Assembly (NCBI GenBank): GCA_964352335.1
Contig: CAYGRO010000001.1
Location: 125,942-189,941 of the forward strand
DNA length: 64,000 nt
Direction: 5' to 3'
From: an uncultured Gammaproteobacteria bacterium
Lineage (GTDB): Bacteria; Patescibacteriota; Patescibacteriia; VMEV01; CAYQCH01
The notes beneath the pieces are model-generated. The model saw only the letters and a list, made by a program, of their open reading frames with translations, did no database searches and had not been told where the DNA came from. Made by a program: the position numbers and the translations under genes. How positions within the stretch are numbered: position 1 is the stretch's first letter; each line of letters starts with the position of its first letter. Below are positions 9,311-19,191 of the stretch, piece by piece.

Positions 9311-9539
9311 CACCATGCTGGGCCACAACAATTCGTCGCAACCGCCTTGAGGTGGAACCAGTCATCGCTCTCCCGAGCAACCGACCAGTTCCACCTCTTC
9401 GCCTTTATAGGGACTTTTTCAAGTCTTTTTTTAATACAAAAAAACACCCATCTCTAGGTGCCAACCATCTTAGCAAAAGCCTACTCTCCTACTTTCCTAC
9501 TAGCTTTTAGCAAAGTAGCTAGTAAGAGGGTAGCGACAA

Positions 9540-10508
9540 TTAAACAGTCTCCGGAAACAACATATCAATAATCTTGCTCGCCACATCTCGAGACTTACCA
9601 ATGGTTGGTTCATGATGAATGGTTAAACCTGGATCAGATTCTAATTCAGTAATAAAGCCAGGTCGCCTTGAAATATCTGTAGAAAAAAAATCTACTCCAA
9701 TAATGTCAGCATCAAAATACTTCGCAATTTTTTTAGCCATTTGTTTTACTTCTTTGCAAAGTGAATCAGTTATATCAATAGAAATACCTCCACGATGAGA
9801 ATTTGAAAGCATTCCCAATGCAATTCTTTGGCCACGAGTTGGGATATCGGTTAATTTCATTCCTTGCTTTTTGAGTAATGCCTTACTTTCATCTGTCATT
9901 TTAATTTTTCTATTAGCAACTGGAACTATTTTATTCCATGAAAGGAGCAAATCATTAATAGAAGATTTTCCATCACCAAGAAGATGAGCTGGTACGCGCT
10001 TTACCGCAAAAACAAATTTTTTATTCACCACAAGAATACGATGATCTTCTCCTTTTAATTGTTTTTGAGCTAAAACTGTTTTTTTATATCTTCGACTACA
10101 ACTTAAAGATTTTTCTATTGCTTTTTTAAACTGAGATGGCTTTGTAATATTTACCGTAACACCTTTTCCACCATAGGAGTCCGTTGGTTTAATTACAATC
10201 TGTTTATGCTTATGTAAAAATGCTGTTAATTCTTTTTTTGAATCTGTTAAAAGACAAACGGGCGATGGCAAAGCTAGATCTTGTAAAATTTGAGCCGTTA
10301 AATATTTATCATTAAAAATATCACCGCTTACATACCCCGTTTTATTAGTACCAGCGCGCTTAATAAATTCACGATGTTTTTTGTATTCCAAAATTGCATA
10401 GCTTTCATATTTTTTCCCAAACCCTTTTACAGAAATACCTCGAGAACGAGCTTCATCTACAAGATATTGTGTATAGATACTGAATTTGTGTTCTACTGTT
10501 TTTTTCAT
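9540..10508 (-). CDS. ATP-grasp ligase, cyanophycin synthetase N-terminal/GshAB-like
   Basis: DKYLT, VIKPTDSYGGKGV, DHRILVV, RVPAHLLGDGKSSI and GVD motifs. Confidence 0.85.
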   Translation of the reverse strand: MKKTVEHKFSIYTQYLVDEARSRGISVKGFGKKYESYAILEYKKHREFIKRAGTNKTGYVSGDIFNDKYLTAQILQDLALPSPVCLLTDSKKELTAFLHKHKQIVIKPTDSYGGKGVTVNITKPSQFKKAIEKSLSCSRRYKKTVLAQKQLKGEDHRILVVNKKFVFAVKRVPAHLLGDGKSSINDLLLSWNKIVPVANRKIKMTDESKALLKKQGMKLTDIPTRGQRIALGMLSNSHRGGISIDITDSLCKEVKQMAKKIAKYFDADIIGVDFFSTDISRRPGFITELESDPGLTIHHEPTIGKSRDVASKIIDMLFPETV

Positions 10509-10550
10509 ATTGATTCATTGTAAAGAGCATCTCCCGTTCTACAGGATCTT

Positions 10551-11408
10551 CTATACAGTTTCTAAGATTAAAGAACGTTTTTTAATTAAGTGATCAATAA
10601 TAGCACCAGCAATATCTTTTCCTGTTACCATAGAGCATCTCGGAAAAAAACACGGGAAATTTGTTTCTGCAACATACCCTTTTCCACGGTGGATAAGAAT
10701 ATCAACACCGCCAAAATCATAGTCCATTGCATCAACTGCTTTAACAGCTAATTGTTCAATGGCTTTTGAAAACTTTTTCTTTTGAACAAGTGGAGTTGCT
10801 CCAACATTTGAACGAAAATCTCCTTTAGGGGCTCTATATTCAATACTATCGATAACTTTTCCACCTAAAACGATTAAACGAGCAGAACGTCCCCCTGGAA
10901 TAAATTCTCGCATAATCACTCTTTCTGATTTTCCTTTGAAATAATCTGCCAATGAATTTAAAGCAGACAATGAATCTACTTTCATTACCCCTACTCCATG
11001 GCTTCCACCTGTCACCTTGATAATAAGTGGGAATCCCCCCAAGGCAACGGAAGCTTTTTTTAAATCCTCTGGTGTTCTTGGTAATGCATCAATTGTTTTT
11101 GGCTGACGAACTTGCTTTAATCGGTATCTATTAAATGAGTCATAGCTTATAAGTACTCTTTCTAAATTTTTGTGCAATGTAATTGGTTCTTGATGAGATA
11201 AAAAACTTTGAACAATAGCGCTTCGTTTACCAACACTAGATTTATACAATAAATCTCCCTTTTTTACTTTCAAAGGATTGGTAAATGAAAACTCATCAGG
11301 GTTGATTTCAATATAATCAATAGATCGCTCTGCACAAGCGGTGGCAAAGCGAATATTGATATCTGCATTTTTTTCTCGAGTGATATTTATGAATCGTATT
11401 TTTTTCAT
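10551..11408 (-). CDS. RimK-family ATP-grasp ligase
   Basis: FPLIIK..GSHGVGV, DFRSN and GGVDIL motifs. Confidence 0.88.
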   Translation of the reverse strand: MKKIRFINITREKNADINIRFATACAERSIDYIEINPDEFSFTNPLKVKKGDLLYKSSVGKRSAIVQSFLSHQEPITLHKNLERVLISYDSFNRYRLKQVRQPKTIDALPRTPEDLKKASVALGGFPLIIKVTGGSHGVGVMKVDSLSALNSLADYFKGKSERVIMREFIPGGRSARLIVLGGKVIDSIEYRAPKGDFRSNVGATPLVQKKKFSKAIEQLAVKAVDAMDYDFGGVDILIHRGKGYVAETNFPCFFPRCSMVTGKDIAGAIIDHLIKKRSLILETV

Positions 11409-12346
11409 AGATATTTTTCAATATGATCGACAAATTTCACAAGAATTTTTTTCACTTCTTTTTCATGACCAGGTGTCATCTCTAAAGTTGGATTATGATT
11501 CATTTCAATAAGCTTTGGTGTTTTACGATTCAAAAACAACATATCTACTGAATACATTGTATTTTGAAAAGGCTTTAATCGTTTTGTTACTTCTTGTACA
11601 AGTTTTTTAGCTTGAGGAGGTAAATCAGAAAGAGCAATAAAAATTCGTGTACCACCCTGAGCAATATTACAAAGCTCTTTACCTTTAGCAGGAGTACGAA
11701 TATATGCTTGAATAGGTTTATGATCAAGACAAATAACTCGTAAATCATGAATCCCTTTAAATAAGCTAGGGATTCCTTGTTTACTATCTAAAAATGGTTG
11801 CATAATCGCTGGAAACTTTCCTTTGTACTGAGCAACTTTTTTTGAGGAAGAAATTTCTACTCCATTTCCACAAATACCACGAAGGTATTTCGTAACCCAT
11901 TTTCGTGTAGTTTTATGCTTTTTAGCAATTGCAGATAATTCTTCTTTATTATGCGCCAAATAAGATGGAATCGTTATTTCAGGAAACATTAAATGGGTCA
12001 TGAACTTATCTTCTGCAATCATTTGTACTCGTGGAGGATTTAAAGAGGGAGCCATTTCTTGCATCATATTTTTTATTGGCATCCGCTTATCTGAGCAGGC
12101 TGAACGATCTAAAATATAATCCGGCTTGAGATTTTTATTCTTTTCAACAAAGTTCTTACCGTCCCAAATATAATAAGAGGCAAATCCTTTTTCTGATAAT
12201 TCTTGAATATTGGTCCATACTACTTTTATTCCTCGCTCTTTTGCGATTTCATATAACCACAAATATGGCTGAATAATTTTCTCTGCCAAAATTCCATATT
12301 CCCTATTTTTCAGTTTATATCCGAAACAAATAGCAACTATTTTCAT
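11405..12346 (-). CDS. ATP-grasp protein (RimK/YheCD-like)
   Basis: EDKF, G.CGNGV, MQPFLDS..GIP, HDLRV, NIAQGG, SVD and IEMNHNP motifs. Confidence 0.8.
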   Translation of the reverse strand: MKIVAICFGYKLKNREYGILAEKIIQPYLWLYEIAKERGIKVVWTNIQELSEKGFASYYIWDGKNFVEKNKNLKPDYILDRSACSDKRMPIKNMMQEMAPSLNPPRVQMIAEDKFMTHLMFPEITIPSYLAHNKEELSAIAKKHKTTRKWVTKYLRGICGNGVEISSSKKVAQYKGKFPAIMQPFLDSKQGIPSLFKGIHDLRVICLDHKPIQAYIRTPAKGKELCNIAQGGTRIFIALSDLPPQAKKLVQEVTKRLKPFQNTMYSVDMLFLNRKTPKLIEMNHNPTLEMTPGHEKEVKKILVKFVDHIEKYL

Positions 12347-12513
12347 AAAAAGTAACTTTAATCATAAAAAAACAACATGGGTGCAATGACCAGTTGTTTC
12401 GCTGTTCAAGACTATTACAACATATATTTACCAAAAAAGCAAGTTATTTTGCAATTTTCCCTATTTTGACTATACTAATGCATTCCCAACCACCACCAAG
12501 AACGAGGTAGAAT

Positions 12514-12963
12514 ATGACTATCACAATCATTGCCTCTCTCGAAGAAGGTAGTGAACAATGGGACGCAGTACAGCTTGGCTTACGCATTAAGGAGCAAACC
12601 TCGGTAGGTATGCTCTATAAGCGCTATAACGAGCTCAATACAGCAATCAACAAAATCGACACTGAGGAGCGTTGGTCAGACCTTCGTTTTCTCATCATCT
12701 CTCATGCTAGCGTTCTGCAGGCCATCGACCCAGAAGCGGGAACGATGTCAGCCGTGTCTGCTGAACTACAGCGAGTGAAAGACAAATTCGCTTTCAAGCG
12801 TTATGAACTCGTCATTATTGGAGTTTCCACCAATGACATGTTTGGCCAATCACTCATGCGTAGCGGGTGTGACACCACTTGCTCAGGAGAAGCCCTTCCA
12901 GAGCTTATCCTCGAACTCCTCCAGCCCCGCTCTGGACGGATCAAACTGCCCGACGACCTCTAA
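12514..12963 (+). CDS. Hypothetical protein, possibly a degenerate receiver domain
   Basis: GAGG RBS and a TATACT -10 upstream; the IIGVS...LMRSGCD C-terminus resembles a receiver but lacks the acidic pocket. Confidence 0.55.
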   Translation: MTITIIASLEEGSEQWDAVQLGLRIKEQTSVGMLYKRYNELNTAINKIDTEERWSDLRFLIISHASVLQAIDPEAGTMSAVSAELQRVKDKFAFKRYELVIIGVSTNDMFGQSLMRSGCDTTCSGEALPELILELLQPRSGRIKLPDDL

Positions 12964-13495
12964 GGTCTCGGGCAGTCTTCATTTTATAGACAAAAATACT
13001 TAACTCTTTTTCTGTCGGCTTGCTCACATATTCTGTCTCCCAACCAGGAATCTCAAATACATAGGAAATAATAATAGTTCCCTCTTTACATTCTTTTTCA
13101 AACTTTTCTTTTAATTTACCTGCTAGTGGTTTAGGCGTTCCAAAAAGATAAATAAGAGAAGCGTCAGACAAATCTTGTTTAAAAAAATCTTTCCACAAAA
13201 AAACCGCTTGAGATTGTGAAAACAATGCTTTAATTTTTGCATAGAAAAAAAGTGGAAAAACGAATTCTATTCCAATGACCTTTTTCTGTAATTCTTGTGC
13301 AATCCCCAACGATACTAAACCGGTTCCTGAACCTAATTCATATAAATTTCCGTGTTCAGGTGCATATTTTTTTACCAATGTAATAATGCGTTGGCGATCT
13401 GATTTTCGAGTAGGAACCCAAGGCGCAAAAACAAAACCAGCATATGCTAATGGAAGCAAAATAAGAATCATCAAAATTAACAGAATGAAATCCAT
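12941..13495 (-). CDS. Membrane-anchored class I SAM methyltransferase (FAM173-like)
   Basis: N-terminal TM, APWVPT and YELGSGTG motifs; start moved to the ATG at 13495. Confidence 0.85.
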   Translation of the reverse strand: MDFILLILMILILLPLAYAGFVFAPWVPTRKSDRQRIITLVKKYAPEHGNLYELGSGTGLVSLGIAQELQKKVIGIEFVFPLFFYAKIKALFSQSQAVFLWKDFFKQDLSDASLIYLFGTPKPLAGKLKEKFEKECKEGTIIISYVFEIPGWETEYVSKPTEKELSIFVYKMKTARDLRGRRAV

Positions 13496-13598
13496 GGGAA
13501 TATTGTTAGAAAACTGCAAAATTGCAAAGTTGCAAAACGGCAAAAGAACTCGAATCTACGAATTAAGACCAATGTACAAATTGATCCCTGACAAATGA

Positions 13599-14873
13599 TC
13601 AAACGATATACCGAATAAAAATATAGACAGTTGAAAGGATAATTGCCAGTAATGATAATGGCACCGCCGTTTTCATATAGTCGACAAATGAAAGTTTATG
13701 CCCGGCTTTTTCTGCCATCCCAGAAACAACAACATTTGCAGACGCCCCAATTAATGTGGCATTTCCACCAAAATCAGCTCCCATTGCAAGTGCCCACCAT
13801 AAAGGTGTGACATCTAGATTTGTTGCTAAGCCCAATTCTTTAATTAATGGAATCATAATTGCAACAAAGGGAACATTATCAACAATGGCAGAAAAAATAG
13901 CACTTCCCCATAATGTCGCCATCAACAAAATACTTCTATTTCCACCTGTTAGTTCTATTAATCCGCCTGCAAGCAATTCAATCGCCCCAACTTGTTCTAG
14001 TCCTGTCACCATAATAAATAAACCGACAAAAAAGAAAATGGTTGTCCATTCACAATCTCGAATATATTCTTCTGGCTCATGCAAAGTAATCAATAACAAT
14101 AAAGCTGCCCCCGTAAGTGCCAGTGTGGCCCCTTCAATTCCTGTTTGGTTATGTGTTAAAAAACCAAGAATAACTAAACCTAAGACAATAAGAGATTTTA
14201 CTAATAAAGCCTTATTGGTAATAGCATCTCTTGGATTGAATTTCATTATTGATTTTTGTGCTAATTCATTAGCCACTAAATCTTTGCGATAGAGTAGAGC
14301 CAATAGCGCGAGTGTACTAATACCAACAACCAAAGAAATTGGCCCCATATGAAATAAAAAGTCATTAAACGAAAGTCCTGCTGCAGAACCAATCAAAATA
14401 TTTGGCTGATCACCAATAAGAGTTGCTGCCCCTCCAATATTGGCAAGCATGATGGCAGAAAATAAAAATGGTTTTGGGCTTGTTCGTAAATTTTGAGCAA
14501 TAACAAAGGTTACAGGTACCATTAATAAAACCGTAGTTACATCATCTAATACGGCAGAAAATACCATGGTAATAATTGCCAGTAAAATAAAAATAGGGAT
14601 TGGTTTCCCTTTCCCCGCTTTCGCTGCCCAAATGGCAATATATTGAAAAATACCTGAATGCTTGGCAATGCCTACTATAACCATCATCCCAATTAAAATA
14701 CCAAGCATATTAAAATCGATCCCTTCGATTGCTTGACGCTGGTTAATTATTCCTAAAATCACCATTAATGCTGCAGCAAAAAGAGCGATAACGGTACGGT
14801 GAACTTTTTCAGTAATGATAATAAAGTAAGCAACGAGAAAAATGGCAACTGCCAAACCCATGAGAACATTCAT
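13599..14873 (-). CDS. ArsB/NhaD (IT superfamily) transporter
   Basis: SAVLDDVTT, ANIGGAATLIGD and SAIVDNVP motifs. Confidence 0.9.
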   Translation of the reverse strand: MNVLMGLAVAIFLVAYFIIITEKVHRTVIALFAAALMVILGIINQRQAIEGIDFNMLGILIGMMVIVGIAKHSGIFQYIAIWAAKAGKGKPIPIFILLAIITMVFSAVLDDVTTVLLMVPVTFVIAQNLRTSPKPFLFSAIMLANIGGAATLIGDQPNILIGSAAGLSFNDFLFHMGPISLVVGISTLALLALLYRKDLVANELAQKSIMKFNPRDAITNKALLVKSLIVLGLVILGFLTHNQTGIEGATLALTGAALLLLITLHEPEEYIRDCEWTTIFFFVGLFIMVTGLEQVGAIELLAGGLIELTGGNRSILLMATLWGSAIFSAIVDNVPFVAIMIPLIKELGLATNLDVTPLWWALAMGADFGGNATLIGASANVVVSGMAEKAGHKLSFVDYMKTAVPLSLLAIILSTVYIFIRYIV

Positions 14874-14888
14874 AACATTTATCTATTT

Positions 14889-15359
14889 TTATTTGATACC
14901 AAGCACATCTGCAATGGCACGTTTAATATCTGTATGGTTGATATATCCAACTAATATCCCATCATTATCAACGACAGGTAATTGTCTAATATGAAATTGT
15001 GAAATTTGTGTAGCAGTATGAATCAGCGTATCATCTGGATTTATTACATGTACTTCTTTACTCATGATTTCTACAACAGCTTTATCAGCCAATTGATTTA
15101 CCCTATCCTGAAAAACATTTCCAGCAGCAAATGCAGCTAAATGTTTATCTGACTCTAAATAATCTGGAACAATCGCCTCAATAATTCCCCAAGAAGTAAT
15201 AATACCTACCACATGACGAGTTTCATCTGTTACAACTAATGCATTTGTTTTCTTTTTCACCATTAAAGTGACCGCTTCTTTTAAAGTAGCTGTCTCTTTG
15301 ATATCGACTACATCCTTTCGCATATAGTCGCTTACAATATAATGAGTTGTATTTGGCAT
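14889..15359 (-). CDS. CBS domain pair protein
   Basis: Two CBS repeats (V.DYM..DV; LPVVD..G.LVG); upstream of the transporter. Confidence 0.88.
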   Translation of the reverse strand: MPNTTHYIVSDYMRKDVVDIKETATLKEAVTLMVKKKTNALVVTDETRHVVGIITSWGIIEAIVPDYLESDKHLAAFAAGNVFQDRVNQLADKAVVEIMSKEVHVINPDDTLIHTATQISQFHIRQLPVVDNDGILVGYINHTDIKRAIADVLGIK

Positions 15360-15398
15360 AGTTATTGTATTATAGCGAGAAGTTGATAAAGACGACAA

Positions 15399-15743
15399 CT
15401 ACATTGGTTCATTTTCTCGAATGATATTTAGCTCTTTTCCTTTTTGCGTGTACTTCGCTTTAACTTTTTCTGCTGTTTGCTTGAATCCTTCTTCCAAATC
15501 AATATTCAATTGATTAGCTAATCGACAAAGACCAAAAAAGAGATCGCCCATTTCACTTGTAAATAACTCTTTATTTGTTTTCACAAAATCAATTCGCTCT
15601 TGTTCAGATTTATACCGAAGATGGCGAGACATTTCAATGAGCTCTTCATGAAGATGGTCAAATTTGTCGAGAGAAGGAGTATCATCCCACCCAAGACTTT
15701 CTGTAAAGATTTTGACCTCTTTTTGTAATTGACTAATTTCCAT
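15399..15743 (-). CDS. MazG-like all-alpha NTP pyrophosphohydrolase
   Basis: LHEELIE...EMGDL...LAN.L.IDLE pattern. Confidence 0.8.
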   Translation of the reverse strand: MEISQLQKEVKIFTESLGWDDTPSLDKFDHLHEELIEMSRHLRYKSEQERIDFVKTNKELFTSEMGDLFFGLCRLANQLNIDLEEGFKQTAEKVKAKYTQKGKELNIIRENEPM

Positions 15744-15844
15744 AGCAGTTCATAAATTACGCTCATTCTACTCCTCCCCTATTAATTGAGCAAATTGTCT
15801 ATCTATGATAGATTTTTAATACTGATTTTACTTAAACGAGCATT

Positions 15845-16309
15845 ATGTTTATTGCAGGACATGTAGCAGCAGGCGCACTAATAGGACAACAAGTAAATGA
15901 AAATTTATTTGTTATTTTCTTACTTGGTTTTATTTCTCATTTTCTTATGGATCTTATTCCACACGGAGATGCACATCAAGTAAAAAACTACTTTGAAAAG
16001 AAAACTGAACATCTTAAAAAACTCTACTATGTACTGGTTACAGATTCAGCGGCTGCAATTATTATTGTTGCTTGGCTTATGGCCTATGCCAATGTTAATC
16101 GAGTGGCTGTTGCTTGGGGAGTTATAGGAAGTGTTCTACCAGATCTACTCGTTGGATTAAATGAAGTTTGGAAAAAAACAAAAATCCAATGGTTTTATGA
16201 CTGGCATTTTAAAGTACATAATGCATTAATCCACAAAATCCCGGTTAAACCAATCCCTGGAGCGATTGCTCAAATTGTTCTCATTGGAGCATTTCTCTAC
16301 GCGCTATAA
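15845..16309 (+). CDS. Membrane metal-dependent hydrolase-like protein
   Basis: H..AG, SHFLMDLIPH and LPDL motifs. Confidence 0.7.
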   Translation: MFIAGHVAAGALIGQQVNENLFVIFLLGFISHFLMDLIPHGDAHQVKNYFEKKTEHLKKLYYVLVTDSAAAIIIVAWLMAYANVNRVAVAWGVIGSVLPDLLVGLNEVWKKTKIQWFYDWHFKVHNALIHKIPVKPIPGAIAQIVLIGAFLYAL

Positions 16310-16374
16310 GTAGAGCCTCCATATCTTGGAAAAAGAATCGTGCTAAATGTACGATTCTTTTGTATACTACGGAT

Positions 16375-17724
16375 ATGTCACAAGAACAATTTTCCAATCA
16401 AGAATTATCTCCCCAACAAAGACGGATAAAACAAGCCGAGAATAGTTTTCTTAATGCCAGGTCTATTGGCTTTCCTGAACCTTTAGCGATACAACATGCA
16501 GCCAAATGGAATGCGATGGGAGTTGAGCGAGATCAAATACCTCAACAAGCATGGAAGAAGCTAGCAAGCTATATTGACGCAGGTTCAATGAACCACCCAA
16601 CGCATGCAGGTATTATGCAAGCAGCGATCGAAAAAAGACTTGCTGAAAAAACGCCCGAAACCTATTCAGAGCCAGATCCAAAAAAAGAAGAAGTTATTTT
16701 AGAATTATTAAGCGAGCCAGAATTCACAGAAAATAAACAACCATTTGTCGACTTAGCTGAGCTCTATGAAGAATTCAAAACAATCGCAAAAAAATATTCC
16801 CCCTCAATTGCAAGTGATTATTGGCTCTTTACACGTAATGTAAGCCCTTTAATTGAATCACAATTAAAGAACGCTATCTCATGGGTACTTACCGAAGATC
16901 TTGGCAATACCATGTACCAAGAACTTTCTGCTTATCTTGGTAATAGAGCTATCCAAGAATTACGCTTTGACCAAGGCAAAGAAATGCCAAAACATGTAGA
17001 AGAACTGACATTAGAAGAATCTTTTACGAAAAATAATGCTATCAATAAAGAAAAAGAAGCTCAACTACAAAAACAAAGAGAAACCATCATGCAAAAACCA
17101 GTGAACGAACGAAGTCGTGATAAAAACAGTATTGTGCTGAAAAATATCCTCAACCAAATTGTTACAAATAACTCTGCACAATTACTAGAAATGCCTAAAA
17201 ATAACACTAGCATCCTTGAAAAAATTGCAGAAGAAGAATTTCAAAATCTACCAGATGAAATCAAACAATATCTTGATGCATTAAGAGAAGATTCGGCAAT
17301 CGATACTGGTAGAAGAGAATCTGCACTTACCTTTTTTGGAGCTCGACTGATGCTCGTAGTTATAGAAAAACGAAAAGAGTTAAGAACCAGTGATGAAGAA
17401 AAACCAACAATATCATCAGAATACAATAAACAACTTGATGCCTTCATCGACGAAATTGTACGTGGTATTTTGCCACTAGCCGAAGAAGAGACCGACATAA
17501 TCACATTTATTGATGATTTTGTTGCAGAACATGCTGAAGAAGAATTTCTAAAACTCCCAATGGCTCTTCAAGAATATTTACAACCAGATCCAACAGAGAC
17601 AGCTAAGTCAGGTGCTCAAAAACTAGCCATCAAATTAACCTATGCTTTAAGCTCAGCAATCCCAAGACAACCAAAAGCAGAAAAGAAAAGTTGGTGGAAA
17701 AGATTATTCAATAGAGACCAATAA
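16375..17724 (+). CDS. Hypothetical acidic helical protein with a C-terminal KKSWWKRLF tail
   Basis: Long ORF with host-like codon usage, followed by a terminator hairpin. Confidence 0.75.
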   Translation: MSQEQFSNQELSPQQRRIKQAENSFLNARSIGFPEPLAIQHAAKWNAMGVERDQIPQQAWKKLASYIDAGSMNHPTHAGIMQAAIEKRLAEKTPETYSEPDPKKEEVILELLSEPEFTENKQPFVDLAELYEEFKTIAKKYSPSIASDYWLFTRNVSPLIESQLKNAISWVLTEDLGNTMYQELSAYLGNRAIQELRFDQGKEMPKHVEELTLEESFTKNNAINKEKEAQLQKQRETIMQKPVNERSRDKNSIVLKNILNQIVTNNSAQLLEMPKNNTSILEKIAEEEFQNLPDEIKQYLDALREDSAIDTGRRESALTFFGARLMLVVIEKRKELRTSDEEKPTISSEYNKQLDAFIDEIVRGILPLAEEETDIITFIDDFVAEHAEEEFLKLPMALQEYLQPDPTETAKSGAQKLAIKLTYALSSAIPRQPKAEKKSWWKRLFNRDQ

Positions 17725-17761
17725 AAAATCAGCTCATAAGAGAGCTGATTTTTCTTTTCCT

Positions 17762-19036
17762 TTATTTTAACAAAGCTTCAAATGGTGTCGCATCTTCATA
17801 CGGCCCAATAATAGCGAGAGTCAATTTCTTTTCGTCAAAAATATCTTTGGCTACTTGTAAAACATCTTCACTCGTTACTTTGCTTATCGCCGCAAATTTT
17901 TCTTCTGGAGTTTTCACAGTATTTTCTAAGGCTTCTTGCGTTGCATAAAACTGAGCTAATGAACTGGTATTTTCTAAGCTAATACTCGATTTACCAATAA
18001 TATAGTCTTTAGCTCTTTGTAATTCCGCTTCGTCTACAGCTGTTTGCGCAAGCTTTTGCATTTCTGCTCGGATAACTTCGATAGCTGGAGCAATACGTTC
18101 TTTATCTAATCCAGCTTGTACCATGAAGTTTCCAGTATCTTGGTATTCAGTCATTCCAGCTCGTACCATATACGCTAATCCACGTTTTTCACGAACTTCC
18201 ATGAATAAACGAGAACTCATATTTCCTCCAAGAATCGTGGCAAGTAAAGTAGCCGCCGGTAAATCCGGATGATTATAGGCATAGGCAGGAACACCTAGAC
18301 CAATTTGAGCTTGTTCCGCTTTTCTATACATCAATTTTACTCTTGGTGAATCTTGTACAACAGTAAATGGTTCATACCCAAATGCATTTTCTTTTGTCTC
18401 TCCTTCTAATGGAGCAAAAGCTTCTTCTACCATGCTTTCAATATTTGCAGGCAAATTCCCCGCAACAGTAATAACGGTATTATCACCTCGATAATGTGTT
18501 GTTTTATAATCTACCATTGCTTCTCTTGTTGTCGCTCGTACCGTTTCTCGAGAACCGGCAATAAGCCAACCTAGTTTTCCTTCTTTATACATTTCTTCTT
18601 CAAAAACATCCGAAACGTACATTAAAGGATTATCTTCATACATATTAATTTCTTCTACAATAACTCCTTTTTCTTTATTTAATTCGGTTTCGTCAAATTT
18701 AGAATTGAGTAACATATCAGCCACAACATCAATTGCAAGTGGCAAATGTCTATGTGCAACTTTAATATAGTAAGCCGTATGATCTTTAGAAGTAAAAGCA
18801 TTAAACTCCGCCCCTACTCCATCTAATTCTTTTGTAATATCTAAACTCGTTGGACGTTTTTGAGTCCCTTTAAAAAACATATGTTCTAAAAAATGAGACA
18901 TCCCATTGATTTCTTTTGTTTCGTACCGAGAACCAGTAGCAAACATAACAATAATGGTTGCTGTTTCCGCTTGTGGTAATGGAGCTGTAATAAGACGGAC
19001 TCCATTTGAGAAAGTTTTTTTATTGAATGTATTCAT
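17762..19036 (-). CDS. M16 (pitrilysin) family zinc peptidase
   Basis: HFLEHMFFKGT motif; SSRLF.EVREKRGLAY. Confidence 0.95.
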   Translation of the reverse strand: MNTFNKKTFSNGVRLITAPLPQAETATIIVMFATGSRYETKEINGMSHFLEHMFFKGTQKRPTSLDITKELDGVGAEFNAFTSKDHTAYYIKVAHRHLPLAIDVVADMLLNSKFDETELNKEKGVIVEEINMYEDNPLMYVSDVFEEEMYKEGKLGWLIAGSRETVRATTREAMVDYKTTHYRGDNTVITVAGNLPANIESMVEEAFAPLEGETKENAFGYEPFTVVQDSPRVKLMYRKAEQAQIGLGVPAYAYNHPDLPAATLLATILGGNMSSRLFMEVREKRGLAYMVRAGMTEYQDTGNFMVQAGLDKERIAPAIEVIRAEMQKLAQTAVDEAELQRAKDYIIGKSSISLENTSSLAQFYATQEALENTVKTPEEKFAAISKVTSEDVLQVAKDIFDEKKLTLAIIGPYEDATPFEALLK

Positions 19037-19070
19037 AGATTCGTTTATAGATTATTTGTGCCTAAACAAT

Positions 19071-19159
19071 ACCGCCCCCAGCCCCTCCTAGAAGGAGGGG
19101 TGCAGCTACACTCAGCATTACATTTTTCTCCCCTCCTTCTAGGAGGGGCTGGGGGCGGT
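19071..19159. repeat. REP/REPIN-like GC-rich paired palindrome
   Basis: Perfect 30-bp inverted repeat (19071-19100 / 19130-19159) in which each arm is itself a hairpin. Related elements lie at ~29014-29139, ~45937-46026 and ~63229-63322. Confidence 0.8.
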
Positions 19160-19191
19160 AAAGGACAAAACTTATATTATTTCGTGTCTGA

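Noticed and set aside
13756-14292. Long antisense ORFs over membrane protein genes (e.g. 13756..14292, 46662..47084, 57450..57959)
   Set aside because: These are typical antisense shadows of hydrophobic-codon genes with no independent signals.
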